From contig CAVWVQ010000003.1 of the NCBI GenBank assembly GCA_963758525.1, positions 3,552,001 through 3,616,000 on the forward strand: DNA of 64,000 nucleotides. The letters run 5' to 3'. A program made the position numbers and the translations under genes. Under the pieces are notes generated by a model that saw only the letters and a list, made by a program, of their open reading frames with translations, ran no database searches and was not told the origin of the DNA. Source of the stretch: an uncultured Phycisphaerales bacterium (GTDB lineage Bacteria; Planctomycetota; Phycisphaerae; Tepidisphaerales; Tepidisphaeraceae). Shown here piece by piece: positions 41,434-50,382 of this stretch. The stretch's first letter is position 1, and each line of letters begins with the position of its first letter.

Positions 41434-41479
41434 GATCCCGCCAACTCCTGAAATTGCTTCCGATCCATCCCAGGATGGC

Positions 41480-41833
41480 ATGAACATCGACTCGCTCCAT
41501 GAACTGACCGCCCGCGTCCTGCTCCACCGCGATGAGCGCGACTGGGCGCAGTTTCACACGCCAAAGGAGCTGGCCGTCTCGCTGGTCGTCGAAGCTTCGG
41601 AGTTGCTGGCCCTGATGCAGTGGAAGACCGGCGAGTCGCTCGACTCCGCCCTGGCGGCCCGTCGCCAGAGCGTCCGCGATGAGCTCGCAGACGTATTGCA
41701 TTCACTCCTGCTGCTCGGCAACGCTCTCGATGTGGACCTCGGAGCCGCACTCGAACAGAAGCTGCAGCGCGACGCGGTAAAATACCCGATTGAAAAAGCG
41801 AGGGGTCGCGCGGATAAGTACACCGAACTGTGA
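41480..41833 (+). CDS. MazG-like nucleotide pyrophosphohydrolase
   Basis: ERDWAQFHTPKELAVSLVVEASELL, DELADV, KYP. Confidence 0.88.
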   Translation: MNIDSLHELTARVLLHRDERDWAQFHTPKELAVSLVVEASELLALMQWKTGESLDSALAARRQSVRDELADVLHSLLLLGNALDVDLGAALEQKLQRDAVKYPIEKARGRADKYTEL

Positions 41834-41848
41834 TTAGGCCCGGCAGAT

Positions 41849-42850
41849 TCAAGCCGGCGGATTCGCCGGCAGCGTCCGCAGAAAGAACTCGATCCAGTTT
41901 CCCCCAAGAATCGCGAGCACGTCCTGATCCGCGAAACCCGCACTGGCCAATGCATCCTCGATTCGAGGCAGATCCGCGGAAGTGCGGATTTCGATGGGGA
42001 TTTGATCGCGGCCCAGCCCGCCGTCCATGTCGGTGCCGATGCCGACATGGCGGGCGTTGCCGATCACATCGCACATATGCCGCAGGTGAGCGACGACGTC
42101 GCCGAGAGTGGCGCGGCGCTTGCCGTATTGGTCGGGCGGGACGAGAAACTTATCGAAGAAGTTGATGCCAATTACGCCCCTGCGCTGCGCGACGGCGCGA
42201 ATCATATCATCCGAGAGTTGCCGATCGGTCGGCACGATCGCCCGGCAGTTGGAATGCGACGCCATCATCGGGCCGCCGCTGGCGTCGAGAAGTTGCCAGA
42301 ATGATTCCTCCGCGAGATGGGAAAGATCGTGAATGATGTTGTGCCGATCGAGTGCTTTGACAAGCTCGCGTCCCGCTGGCGTGAGCGGACCGGGCATTCC
42401 AGTGCCGCCGGCATAACGCGTCTGCCGCCATGCGAGCCCGACGATTCGCAGGCCGGCGGCAACCCAGTCGGCGATTTCTTCAGGTGAGCGGAGAGGGTCG
42501 GCACCTTCCATCAACAGGATCGCGGCCTGGGCGGGATCGTTGCTCGCGAGGTCCGCGGGGCTGCGCACGAATCGCATGCGACCGGCTTGTTCCTGCCGCT
42601 GATACCAATGAAGGTGTTGCAAAGCCATCGCCCGCGCTTCGTCGGCGGTCCGATAGCCCTCGTGTTTCTCGTCAGCCGGAAGGCAAAAGATCGTTGCGCA
42701 AATCAGATCAACGCCTCCTGCGGACAAATCCGGCAAGCCGACGCTGGGAATATCATCCGGCTCGCCGATCTGCAGCGCCGCCGGCGCCAGCACGTCCCGG
42801 CCTCGCAGCGCGTTGTAGGAGAGATCGAGATGTGCGTCGACGATCCGCAT
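41849..42850 (-). CDS. Membrane dipeptidase (M19)
   Basis: DAHLD, MEGAD, DLSH, SHSN, GIGTDMDG, ILGGNW. Confidence 0.9.
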   Translation of the reverse strand: MRIVDAHLDLSYNALRGRDVLAPAALQIGEPDDIPSVGLPDLSAGGVDLICATIFCLPADEKHEGYRTADEARAMALQHLHWYQRQEQAGRMRFVRSPADLASNDPAQAAILLMEGADPLRSPEEIADWVAAGLRIVGLAWRQTRYAGGTGMPGPLTPAGRELVKALDRHNIIHDLSHLAEESFWQLLDASGGPMMASHSNCRAIVPTDRQLSDDMIRAVAQRRGVIGINFFDKFLVPPDQYGKRRATLGDVVAHLRHMCDVIGNARHVGIGTDMDGGLGRDQIPIEIRTSADLPRIEDALASAGFADQDVLAILGGNWIEFFLRTLPANPPA

Positions 42851-42851
42851 C

Positions 42852-43859
42852 CTACGTCGAGCTCAGTCCGATCAGATGATCGACGACAGATCGCCCCAAT
42901 GCCCGCAGGTTGTAGCCCCCTTCGAGCACGCTGACGATCCTCCCATCGCAATGCCGGTTGGCGGATTCGACCAGCAGTTGAGTCATCCTCCAGAAACCGT
43001 CTTCGGTGAGATTGATTTGCGACAGCGGATCATCGCGATGGGCATCGAAACCGGCCGAAAGCAGCAGCACTTCCGGCTGAAAGCGGTCCAATGCGGGAAG
43101 AACGCTCTGTTCCATGACCCGAAGATAATCGCCGTCGTTGGAGCCCGGCTCGAATGGGAGATTGAGTGTGAATCCCTTGCCCGCGCCAACCCCGGTTTCT
43201 GATGCGTACCCGGTGCCGGGATAGCACGTTCGCGGATCCTGATGAAGGCTGATGAACAGCACGCTGTCGTCGGCCGCGAGCGCCGCCTGCGTCCCGTTGC
43301 CGTGATGCACGTCGAAATCGACGATCGCGACCCGGCCCGCGTCATGTTTCTGCCGCAGATATCGCGCGCCGATCGCCACGTTGGCGAAGAGACAGAATCC
43401 CATTGCCCGCTCCGGCTCGGCATGATGTCCAGGCGGCCGCACCGCGCAGAACGCCCGCCCGGCACTGCCTTCCATGACTGCGTCGCATCCGGCGAGTACG
43501 GCGCCGACCGCCAGGAGCGCGATCTCGAAACTGTCCTCGCACACGGGCGTGTCGCCTTCATCCAGCACCGAGTTGAGCGCGCAGGCATGCCGCACTCTCT
43601 CGATGTGCTCGGATGTGTGTACGGTGCGCAGCCAGGTTTCGTCGGCCGGCGCAGGCAGCGGCAGCTCGGTGAGCTTTTCCACGGCGCTGGGGAGTGTGCC
43701 AAAATCGAGATCGAGCCTGGCCAATGGATTGGGCGAATCGAGAAGCCCGGCCTCGCGCACCGCGGTTGCAATGGCCCGGATGCGATCGGGCCGCTCGGGA
43801 TGGCCGGGGCCAGTGAGGTGATCGACAAAACGAGGATGCGTGACAAAAGCGACCGACAT
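42852..43859 (-). CDS. Histone deacetylase family protein
   Basis: HPERPDR, RPPGHHA, MGFCLFAN, DFDVHHGNGTQ, SAGFDAH, LEGGY. Confidence 0.93.
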   Translation of the reverse strand: MSVAFVTHPRFVDHLTGPGHPERPDRIRAIATAVREAGLLDSPNPLARLDLDFGTLPSAVEKLTELPLPAPADETWLRTVHTSEHIERVRHACALNSVLDEGDTPVCEDSFEIALLAVGAVLAGCDAVMEGSAGRAFCAVRPPGHHAEPERAMGFCLFANVAIGARYLRQKHDAGRVAIVDFDVHHGNGTQAALAADDSVLFISLHQDPRTCYPGTGYASETGVGAGKGFTLNLPFEPGSNDGDYLRVMEQSVLPALDRFQPEVLLLSAGFDAHRDDPLSQINLTEDGFWRMTQLLVESANRHCDGRIVSVLEGGYNLRALGRSVVDHLIGLSST

Positions 43860-44012
43860 CTTGTTTTGTTCCCGTGGCACGGGCGTCACGCCCGTGTTGA
43901 GTGCGCGGAACAGAGAAAATCGCGATAGCCAGTCTCGTTTTCTGCTTTGCGCCGTTAGCACGGGCAGGATGCCCGTGACACGCGGAGCGATTCAACAGAC
44001 CGCGCCAGCCTC

Positions 44013-45560
44013 TTATCGAGCAAGTCGATCTTCCATCACTTTCCGCATGGTGTCCAGCGGAGCGACTTGATCTGTCCACGCTTGGAATTGACTGGCCGCC
44101 TGGCGCAGAAACATTTCGACTCCGGAAATCGTCTTGGCGCCCGCGGCCTCGGCCTGCCGCAGGAACTTGGTGCGCTGCGGATTGTACACCGCGTCGAAGA
44201 CGAGCGTCTCGGCCGTAAAGTTGGCCGGCGATGTCCCCAGAGGGCTCGCGTTCACGTTCGGGTGCATTCCGACTGACGTTGTATTGATGTAAATGTGACA
44301 GCAACTGTCGCAGAGTTTGTCCATCGGCCCGGCAACAACCTTGCCGCTGCGCCCGGTGAATTCCGCTGCCAGTGCTTCGGAGCGTTCGTGCGTGCGGTTG
44401 TAGATGACGACCGTGGCGCCGTAATGAGCCAGGGCGGCGACGGCCGTGCGTCCGGTGCCTCCGGCTCCGATCACCGCAATGCGATAGTCCGCCAGTCGCT
44501 CGCGGGTGATTTGCAGCGCGGAGGTGATGCTGTCGAGGATGGCGGCATAGTCGGTATTCAGCCCGCGCAGGACGCCGGCGCTGTCGATCAGAATAGTGTT
44601 TACCGCCCCGATCCGGTGCGCCAGCTCCTCGACATCCGCATCGCGCTCCTTCAGATAGCGCAGAGCGTTTTCCTTGTGCGGAATCGTGATCGAAAGCCCG
44701 GAAAGGTGCAGCGGCTTAAACGCGAGGAACGATTCCATGAAAGCTTTGAAGCTTTCGTATCCTTCGTTGACGAGCAACGGGAGATAGACACCGTCGTAAC
44801 TGATGCGGTCAAACGCGGCGTTGTGGATGGCGGGGGACATTGAATGTGCGATGGGCGAACCAACGACGCCAAAGACTTTGGTCCTGGGTCCAAGTGCGTC
44901 CCAACGATAGAGGCGCTTCATGTCGGCGATGGTGATCTGTCCCGGAGCGCTTTCGTGGCCGCGATCGAACGACGCGAACGTGAGAAACGCACCGAATTTT
45001 TTTGCCAGCACCCGGCTGATCAGCCCTGCCTCGCCCATGCACAGGGCGATCGTCGGCTTCTGTTTTTGCTCGAGCAGCTCGAACGCTTCGATGTTGTCAC
45101 GAATCGTGCGAGCTTTCCACGCGATTTTGATGATCGGAGCGGGATGCGCGTTCATCTCCAGAATGCAGTTGCCCAGCCGATCCGGCCGGCCGTCAAAATC
45201 GTGGGAGCTGAGAATGACGGGCAGGTTCAGTGATCCCAGATCAACCGCCGAAGCGGCGGCCAGTTCAAAATCGACGTAAGCGGCTTGACCCTGGCTGAGA
45301 AGGGCGAGGAAGTCGAATCGCTCGCGATCATCGAGCCGGGAGCGGCCGCCTTCCCATGCTGGCCGGCATGTGAGAATGCACGGCAGCGGCGCCGTCCGAA
45401 GAAAGCCGCGAAGCGCGGTCAATGCCACGTCGTCGTCCCTGGGGAATTCGTCCAGCCTCAACTCGAGAACGTCGGCGCCGGCCTCGCTGGCGAGCAGCGC
45501 AGTGCGCTGGACCGCAACAATATCCGAAGTGACAAAGATAGGAACGCAGAGCCGTGTCAT
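44013..45560 (-). CDS. aroE: Fused type I 3-dehydroquinate dehydratase / shikimate dehydrogenase (AroD-AroE)
   Basis: ELRLD, EGG, SSHDF, SAPGQ; then HSMSPAIHN, TIPHK, GAVNT, NTDY, GAGGTG. Confidence 0.92.
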   Translation of the reverse strand: MTRLCVPIFVTSDIVAVQRTALLASEAGADVLELRLDEFPRDDDVALTALRGFLRTAPLPCILTCRPAWEGGRSRLDDRERFDFLALLSQGQAAYVDFELAAASAVDLGSLNLPVILSSHDFDGRPDRLGNCILEMNAHPAPIIKIAWKARTIRDNIEAFELLEQKQKPTIALCMGEAGLISRVLAKKFGAFLTFASFDRGHESAPGQITIADMKRLYRWDALGPRTKVFGVVGSPIAHSMSPAIHNAAFDRISYDGVYLPLLVNEGYESFKAFMESFLAFKPLHLSGLSITIPHKENALRYLKERDADVEELAHRIGAVNTILIDSAGVLRGLNTDYAAILDSITSALQITRERLADYRIAVIGAGGTGRTAVAALAHYGATVVIYNRTHERSEALAAEFTGRSGKVVAGPMDKLCDSCCHIYINTTSVGMHPNVNASPLGTSPANFTAETLVFDAVYNPQRTKFLRQAEAAGAKTISGVEMFLRQAASQFQAWTDQVAPLDTMRKVMEDRLAR

Positions 45561-45688
45561 GCAATCGTCGCTGTTCAGGCACCAACGTAGGGCGGGATTC
45601 ATCCCGCCGGCTCATCGCGGCAGACCGGTCGGCTGCACGAATCCCGCCCTGCACAATCGCCGCCGCATGGCGACAACTCAGGGCGACT

Positions 45689-46543
45689 TCACGCTCCTAC
45701 CAGCGATTCGATCAATGCTTTAGTCGATTCGCTCGCTTCACACAGCGGCAGACGCAGCTCGCCGGAGTCGCGGCCGACGACTTTCATCGCGTGCTTGATC
45801 CCGACGGGATTGCCGTCGATGAACAACGAGCGAATCAGCGGGAAGAGTCGGTGATGGACGGAAGCGGCCTTCTTCAAATCGCCCGCCAATGCGGAGGCGG
45901 TCAGTGCTTTCACATCGGCCGGCAGCAGATTCGACACGACGCTGATCACTCCCTTGGCGCCGATCGACATGAGCGGAAGCGTCAGCGAATCATCGCCGCT
46001 GATGATGGCGATGTCGCAGAGCGACGCGATTTCGCTGGCCATGTCGAGCGATCCGGTGGCTTCCTTGATTGCGACGATGTTCGGGTGTTTTGCAAGCCGC
46101 GCGACGGTTTGGGCGGCCATCGTGATCCCGGTTCGGCCGGGAATATTGTAAAGCACGATCGGAAGATCGACCCGGTCGGCCAGCGTCATGAAGTGACGGT
46201 AGAGCCCTTCCTGCGACGGTTTGTTGTAATACGGATTAACGGACAATCCGGCGGTCGCACCAGTCTTGCGTGCGAAGGAATGAAGCTCAATCGCCTCGCT
46301 GGTGGCATTGGCGCCGACGCCGGCAATCACGGGAACGCGCCCCTTTACGGTCTGCACCGTGATTTCAATGACGCGTTCGTGTTCCTGGAACCCGAGCGTG
46401 GGGGATTCGCCGGTGGTGCCGACCGGGATCAGGCCGTCAATGCCTCCCTTGATCTGATATTCGATCTGCTCGCGCAGGCGAGCCTCGTCGAGGCGCCCTT
46501 CGTTGAAGGGGGTGATCATTGCCGTCATCGCGCCGCTGAACAT
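45689..46543 (-). CDS. dapA: 4-hydroxy-tetrahydrodipicolinate synthase
   Basis: GTTGESPTL, PYYNKP, YNIPGRT, IKEATG, SGDD. Confidence 0.96.
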   Translation of the reverse strand: MFSGAMTAMITPFNEGRLDEARLREQIEYQIKGGIDGLIPVGTTGESPTLGFQEHERVIEITVQTVKGRVPVIAGVGANATSEAIELHSFARKTGATAGLSVNPYYNKPSQEGLYRHFMTLADRVDLPIVLYNIPGRTGITMAAQTVARLAKHPNIVAIKEATGSLDMASEIASLCDIAIISGDDSLTLPLMSIGAKGVISVVSNLLPADVKALTASALAGDLKKAASVHHRLFPLIRSLFIDGNPVGIKHAMKVVGRDSGELRLPLCEASESTKALIESLVGA

Positions 46544-46592
46544 CGTTGATCCTTTCCGGAAGCCAAAGCATGACTATACGTGGCCGCAAGCG

Positions 46593-46752
46593 AGAAGCCA
46601 GAAGTCAGGGGGAAGGAGCCAGAAGCCAGGAGTCAGAAGTCAGGAGTCAGGAGTCAGTGTCCCGAAGATTCCTTCAGTCTTCTGTCTTTCACTCCTTGCT
46701 TCTGGCTCCTGGCTTCTGACTCCTGGCTTCTTGCCCCTGACTCCTGACTTCT
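46593..46752. repeat. Heptamer (CAGRAGY) tandem tracts in inverted arrangement
   Basis: AGCCAGA/AGTCAGG run followed by the complementary CTCCTGR run. Confidence 0.7.
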
Positions 46753-46757
46753 TCCCT

Positions 46758-47471
46758 TCACTTGTTGATCAGCACCTTCATTTCCCGAACCGCTTCGCGC
46801 AAGCCGATGAAAACCGCCCGACTGACGATGGCGTGCCCGATGTTCAGCTCCGTCATGTCGGGAAGCGAGGCGATCGGGCCGACGTTGTGATAATTGAGAC
46901 CATGCCCGGCGTGAAGGCGCAGCCCGCGATCGCGAACAAGTTGGGCTCCGTTTGCGAGGCGGGCTAGTTCATCGATGATGCGAGCCGCATCGGCGTTGGC
47001 GTATTCGCCGGTGTGCAGCTCGATCGCGTCATACCCCTGGTCGGCGGCCGCGTCGATCTGCCTTTCGTCGGGGCCGATGAAAGCCGAAACAAATACGCCC
47101 GCGTCCTTGAGGCGCTTGACTGCGTCCCCGGATCGCTCGGCATGCGCGAGCAGATCGAGACCCCCTTCGGTGGTAATCTCCTCGCGGCGCTCCGGCACGA
47201 TCGTCGCCTGGTCAGGGAGCGTGCGCACGGCGATATCAACGATCTCCGGCACAAGGCTCATTTCCAGGTTGAGCTTGCAATGCACCGATCGGCGCAGCAG
47301 TTCCACGTCGCGATCATTGATATGCCGGCGATCTTCGCGGAGGTGCACAGTGATGCCGTCGGCTCCGCCGAGTTCCGCTTCAACGGCGGCCCAGACCGGA
47401 TCAGGTTCGTAAGTTTTCCGCGCCTGACGCAGTGTGGCAATGTGGTCGATGTTGACGCCAAGTTCGATCAT
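46758..47471 (-). CDS. pdxJ: Pyridoxine 5'-phosphate synthase
   Basis: LGVNIDHIATLRQAR, HLREDRRHI, TTEGGLD, ELHTG, AGHGL, ELNIGH. Confidence 0.97.
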   Translation of the reverse strand: MIELGVNIDHIATLRQARKTYEPDPVWAAVEAELGGADGITVHLREDRRHINDRDVELLRRSVHCKLNLEMSLVPEIVDIAVRTLPDQATIVPERREEITTEGGLDLLAHAERSGDAVKRLKDAGVFVSAFIGPDERQIDAAADQGYDAIELHTGEYANADAARIIDELARLANGAQLVRDRGLRLHAGHGLNYHNVGPIASLPDMTELNIGHAIVSRAVFIGLREAVREMKVLINK

Positions 47472-47684
47472 TGCGGGGGATTGTAATGCGGGGATTGGGG
47501 GATGCCAGAAGGGGGGGAGAGGCAGGAAAAGACAAAGGAACGAAGGCACGGAGGCACGAAGGCACGAAGGGGAGGACGCTGCGCGGCGGCGGAGTGTATG
47601 TACTTCTTCCTGCCTTCCTTACCCTTCGTGCCTTCGTGCCTATGTGCCTTCGTGCCTTTCTCATTCTTCCCTCAATTTTGTTCT

Positions 47685-47713
47685 TGCAATTTCATGATTG
47701 GTTGGCAATAATT
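47685..47713 (+). promoter_or_regulatory. Putative sigma70 promoter of the tRNA array
   Basis: TTGCAA-N17-AATAAT in an AT-rich patch. Confidence 0.5.
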
Positions 47714-47780
47714 CAACCTTAGCTTCGTTTGTGTCGAAAGAGGTAACGTGCAACACTTGAGAATAACTATTAGCAGGGCC

Positions 47781-47991
47781 TGCCGGAAATCGCTTCAAGA
47801 GCGATTCGTCGGCATGGATCGACGCCCAGCGCACTGACTCCTCGCCTTTTCGGCCGGGAGTTCTTCCCGGCTGCCTGACACTTTTTTTTGTGATGCCCGG
47901 GAAGAATTGAATCGCAGCCGCGATCGCGCTGGCGGGCGTTCTTCGTTTTGTGGCTCGAAATGTCGGGGAAACAGGCGTTTCCCATTCGGAG
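47781..47991 (+). ncRNA. Candidate structured RNA leader of the tRNA array
   Basis: Several complementary stems forming a hairpin, a multibranch domain and a second hairpin; no family recognised. Confidence 0.4.
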
Positions 47992-47998
47992 ATACTGC

Positions 47999-48070
47999 GC
48001 GCTGTTAGCTCAGAGGAAGAGCATTCCGTTGATAACGGAAAGGCCGGAGCGTCGAGAACTCCACGGCGCA
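47999..48070 (+). tRNA. tRNA-Ile(GAT), atypical T arm
   Basis: GCGCTGT/ACGGCGC acceptor; TTCCG-TTGATAA-CGGAA; T loop GTCGAGA. Confidence 0.6.
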
Positions 48071-48073
48071 TAC

Positions 48074-48147
48074 GCATCGATGGTCCAAATGGATAGGGCG
48101 CCGGACTACGAATCCGGACGATGGAGGTTCGACTCCTCCTCGATGCA
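48074..48147 (+). tRNA. tRNA-Arg(ACG)
   Basis: GCATCGA/TCGATGC; CCGGA-CTACGAA-TCCGG; GGTTCGACTCC. Confidence 0.88.
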
Positions 48148-48201
48148 TTAGGTTGAGGCGAACTATGGAACTCAGACGAAAACGGTGCTTCTGCAACTAG
48201 A

Positions 48202-48275
48202 GCACCGGTAGCTCAACGGAACAGAGCAGCTCTCTTCTAAAGAGCTTGATGGGGGTTCGAATCCCTCCCGGTGCA
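48202..48275 (+). tRNA. tRNA-Arg(TCT)
   Basis: GCACCGG/CCGGTGC; GCTCT-CTTCTAA-AGAGC; GGTTCGAATCC. Confidence 0.9.
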
Positions 48276-48296
48276 TCGCAGCCTGCGGGCTGCCGC

Positions 48297-48369
48297 GCAC
48301 CGATAGCTCAACCGGCAGAGCTGCCGGCTTTTAACCGGAAGGTTGCGGGTTCGACTCCTGCTCGGTGCA
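48297..48369 (+). tRNA. tRNA-Lys(TTT)
   Basis: GCACCGA/TCGGTGC; CCGG-CTTTTAA-CCGG; GGTTCGACTCC. Confidence 0.88.
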
Positions 48370-48371
48370 AA

Positions 48372-48445
48372 GGTTCGTTAGCTCAGATGGACAGAGCGCC
48401 GGCTTGTCACGCCGAAGGTCACGGGTTCGATCCCCGTACGGACCG
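48372..48445 (+). tRNA. tRNA-Asp(GTC)
   Basis: GGTTCGT/ACGGACC with G73; CGGC-TTGTCAC-GCCG; GGTTCGATCCC. Confidence 0.88.
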
Positions 48446-48456
48446 CTGAAGAAAAC

Positions 48457-48530
48457 GGGAGCGTAGCTCAGCAGGCAGAGCGGGGGCCTCATAAGCCCCA
48501 GGCCGTTGGTTCGAATCCAACCGACTCCCA
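48457..48530 (+). tRNA. tRNA with CAT anticodon (Met or Ile2), bulged acceptor stem
   Basis: GGGGC-CTCATAA-GCCCC; GTTGG-TTCGAAT-CCAAC; acceptor GGGAGCG vs CGACTCCC. Confidence 0.75.
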
Positions 48531-48552
48531 TGTGCGCATGCGAAGAACGTCC

Positions 48553-48659
48553 CGTACCACGGGTTTCCAACCCGTGCGAGCAGCGCCAGAAGAAAGAAAT
48601 TAGTATTACCGGGCATTGGTCTACCACGCCAACTGCACGGGTTGGAAACCCGTGGTACG
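48553..48659. repeat. REP doublet family D (GTACCACGGGTTTCCAACCCGTG)
   Basis: Inverted pair; second locus at 53765-53860. Confidence 0.8.
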
Positions 48660-48676
48660 GTGTGTACGGGTGAATC

Positions 48677-50188
48677 ATGGCAGACGAATCGGAAAACTCC
48701 TCATCGGCGATCATCCCCACGGGCGAAGCGACGGGATTTCTGCCGGTGCGCAACGGCGCCGGCGGGAAGCCGATCACCGTCATTGGAACGCAGGCAATCC
48801 GCGACACGTTCGATTCGGTCTGTCTTCAACAGGCGATCAACTCGCGTCTGGCCCCGGGCGTCACGGATGTCGTGCTGAATCCCGATGCTCACCGCGGATA
48901 CGGCGCTCCGGTCGGGTCGGTGATCGTTTCGCCCACGCATATTTACCCGGGGCCGGTCGGAGTCGACATCAAATGTTCGATGAGCCTGTTGCAGTTCGAT
49001 CTTCCGGCCGAGGCAGTGGCGGGAGAGAAGATTCGCCGTGCGCTGATCAATGCGATTTTGGAGCGGACGCCGACCGGCGCGGGCAAGGGACTGCGCGACG
49101 CGCGCAAGGCGCGCCGCGTGAGTCCGCAAATCGGCAAGATGGCGGTGGTGGAAGGGGCTTCGCCGGCGGTCTGCGCTGCGCTGGGAGTTCCCGCGGAGTG
49201 GGCGTCGCGCTGCGAAGACGCGGCTCACGTCGGACACGACGACACGCCTGACGCTTTGGCGATGCGCCTTGATCGCATGCTTGCCAATGAACCGCGTGGC
49301 AAGTTCGAGTCGAGAATGAGCCAGATCGGAAGCTATGGCGGAGGGAATCACTTTGGCGAATGTGAGATCGTGCAGGTTGCCGACGACGACAGCATGCGCG
49401 CGGTGGCGGATGTGTTTGGCCTGCGCGACGGGCACGTCGCGTTTCTCTCGCATTGCGGGTCGCGCGGTTTCGGACATCAACTGGCAAGCGGTCAGTTCCG
49501 CTCGTTGCAGGAACGGTTTGCCAAGTGGTCCATCCCGCTGCCGGGAAATGATCGCGAGCTGGTCTACGCGCCGCTGGGAACTCCCGAGGCCGATGCGTAC
49601 ATTGACGACATGAGCCTGGGGGCGAACTTCGCAACGGTCAACCACATGGTGATCAATGCGCTGGTGCTCGAAGCATTCCAGGAAGTGATTCCGGGTGTGA
49701 CGGGCCGGCTCGTCTATTTCATCAGCCACAACATTGCGCGAAAGGAAGTCGTCGACAACCGGATTGCGTGGGTTCATCGCAAGGGAGCGACGCGCGCGTT
49801 CCCGGCGGGGCATCACGCGCTGAAGAACACGCCGTTCGCCCAGAGCGGGCATCCGATCCTGCTGCCGGGGAATCCGCGCGAAGGGTCGATCGTGATGGTT
49901 GCGCGCCCCGAGGCGGCCAAGAGCGTCTACAGCGTCAACCACGGCGCCGGCCGGCGTCTGGGCCGGCGCGATGCGATTCGCAAGCTGGATCAGGCCGAGG
50001 TGGACGCGGGCCTTGCCGAGTGCGATGTGATGAGCAATTGCCGGCAATATCCGAAGGACAAAGCGCCGGATGCGTATAAGGATTTTGGCGAAGTCGTGCG
50101 GTCGGTAGAGCTCGCAAAGCTGGCGCGCGGCGTCGCGCGGCTCAAGGCGCGGTTTGTCATTAAGGATTCATCGGACGCTGATGATTGA
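48677..50188 (+). CDS. rtcB: RtcB-family RNA ligase
   Basis: NPDAHRGYGAPVG, VGVDIKC, GGGNHF, HCGSRGFGH, SHN, HRKGATRA, HGAGR, AP.AYK. Confidence 0.92.
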   Translation: MADESENSSSAIIPTGEATGFLPVRNGAGGKPITVIGTQAIRDTFDSVCLQQAINSRLAPGVTDVVLNPDAHRGYGAPVGSVIVSPTHIYPGPVGVDIKCSMSLLQFDLPAEAVAGEKIRRALINAILERTPTGAGKGLRDARKARRVSPQIGKMAVVEGASPAVCAALGVPAEWASRCEDAAHVGHDDTPDALAMRLDRMLANEPRGKFESRMSQIGSYGGGNHFGECEIVQVADDDSMRAVADVFGLRDGHVAFLSHCGSRGFGHQLASGQFRSLQERFAKWSIPLPGNDRELVYAPLGTPEADAYIDDMSLGANFATVNHMVINALVLEAFQEVIPGVTGRLVYFISHNIARKEVVDNRIAWVHRKGATRAFPAGHHALKNTPFAQSGHPILLPGNPREGSIVMVARPEAAKSVYSVNHGAGRRLGRRDAIRKLDQAEVDAGLAECDVMSNCRQYPKDKAPDAYKDFGEVVRSVELAKLARGVARLKARFVIKDSSDADD

Positions 50189-50382
50189 CACGGAGCCGAG
50201 GATTCGGTTTCATGCTTTTCTGGCGGTATTCTTGTGGCACGGGCATCCTGCCCGTGTTAAAGGCGTGGTGCAGAAGAAAAAATCTGATATCAGCGTCTCT
50301 CTTCTGAACCACGCGGCTAACACGGGCAGGATGCCCGTGCCACGACGATGACAAAATCAGCTTTTCGGCGAAGGAGCTTGCA

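Noticed and set aside
48148..48201. Ribozyme or seventh tRNA in the Arg-Arg spacer
   Set aside because: Only a weak stem; no hammerhead CTGATGA core, T loop or anticodon arm
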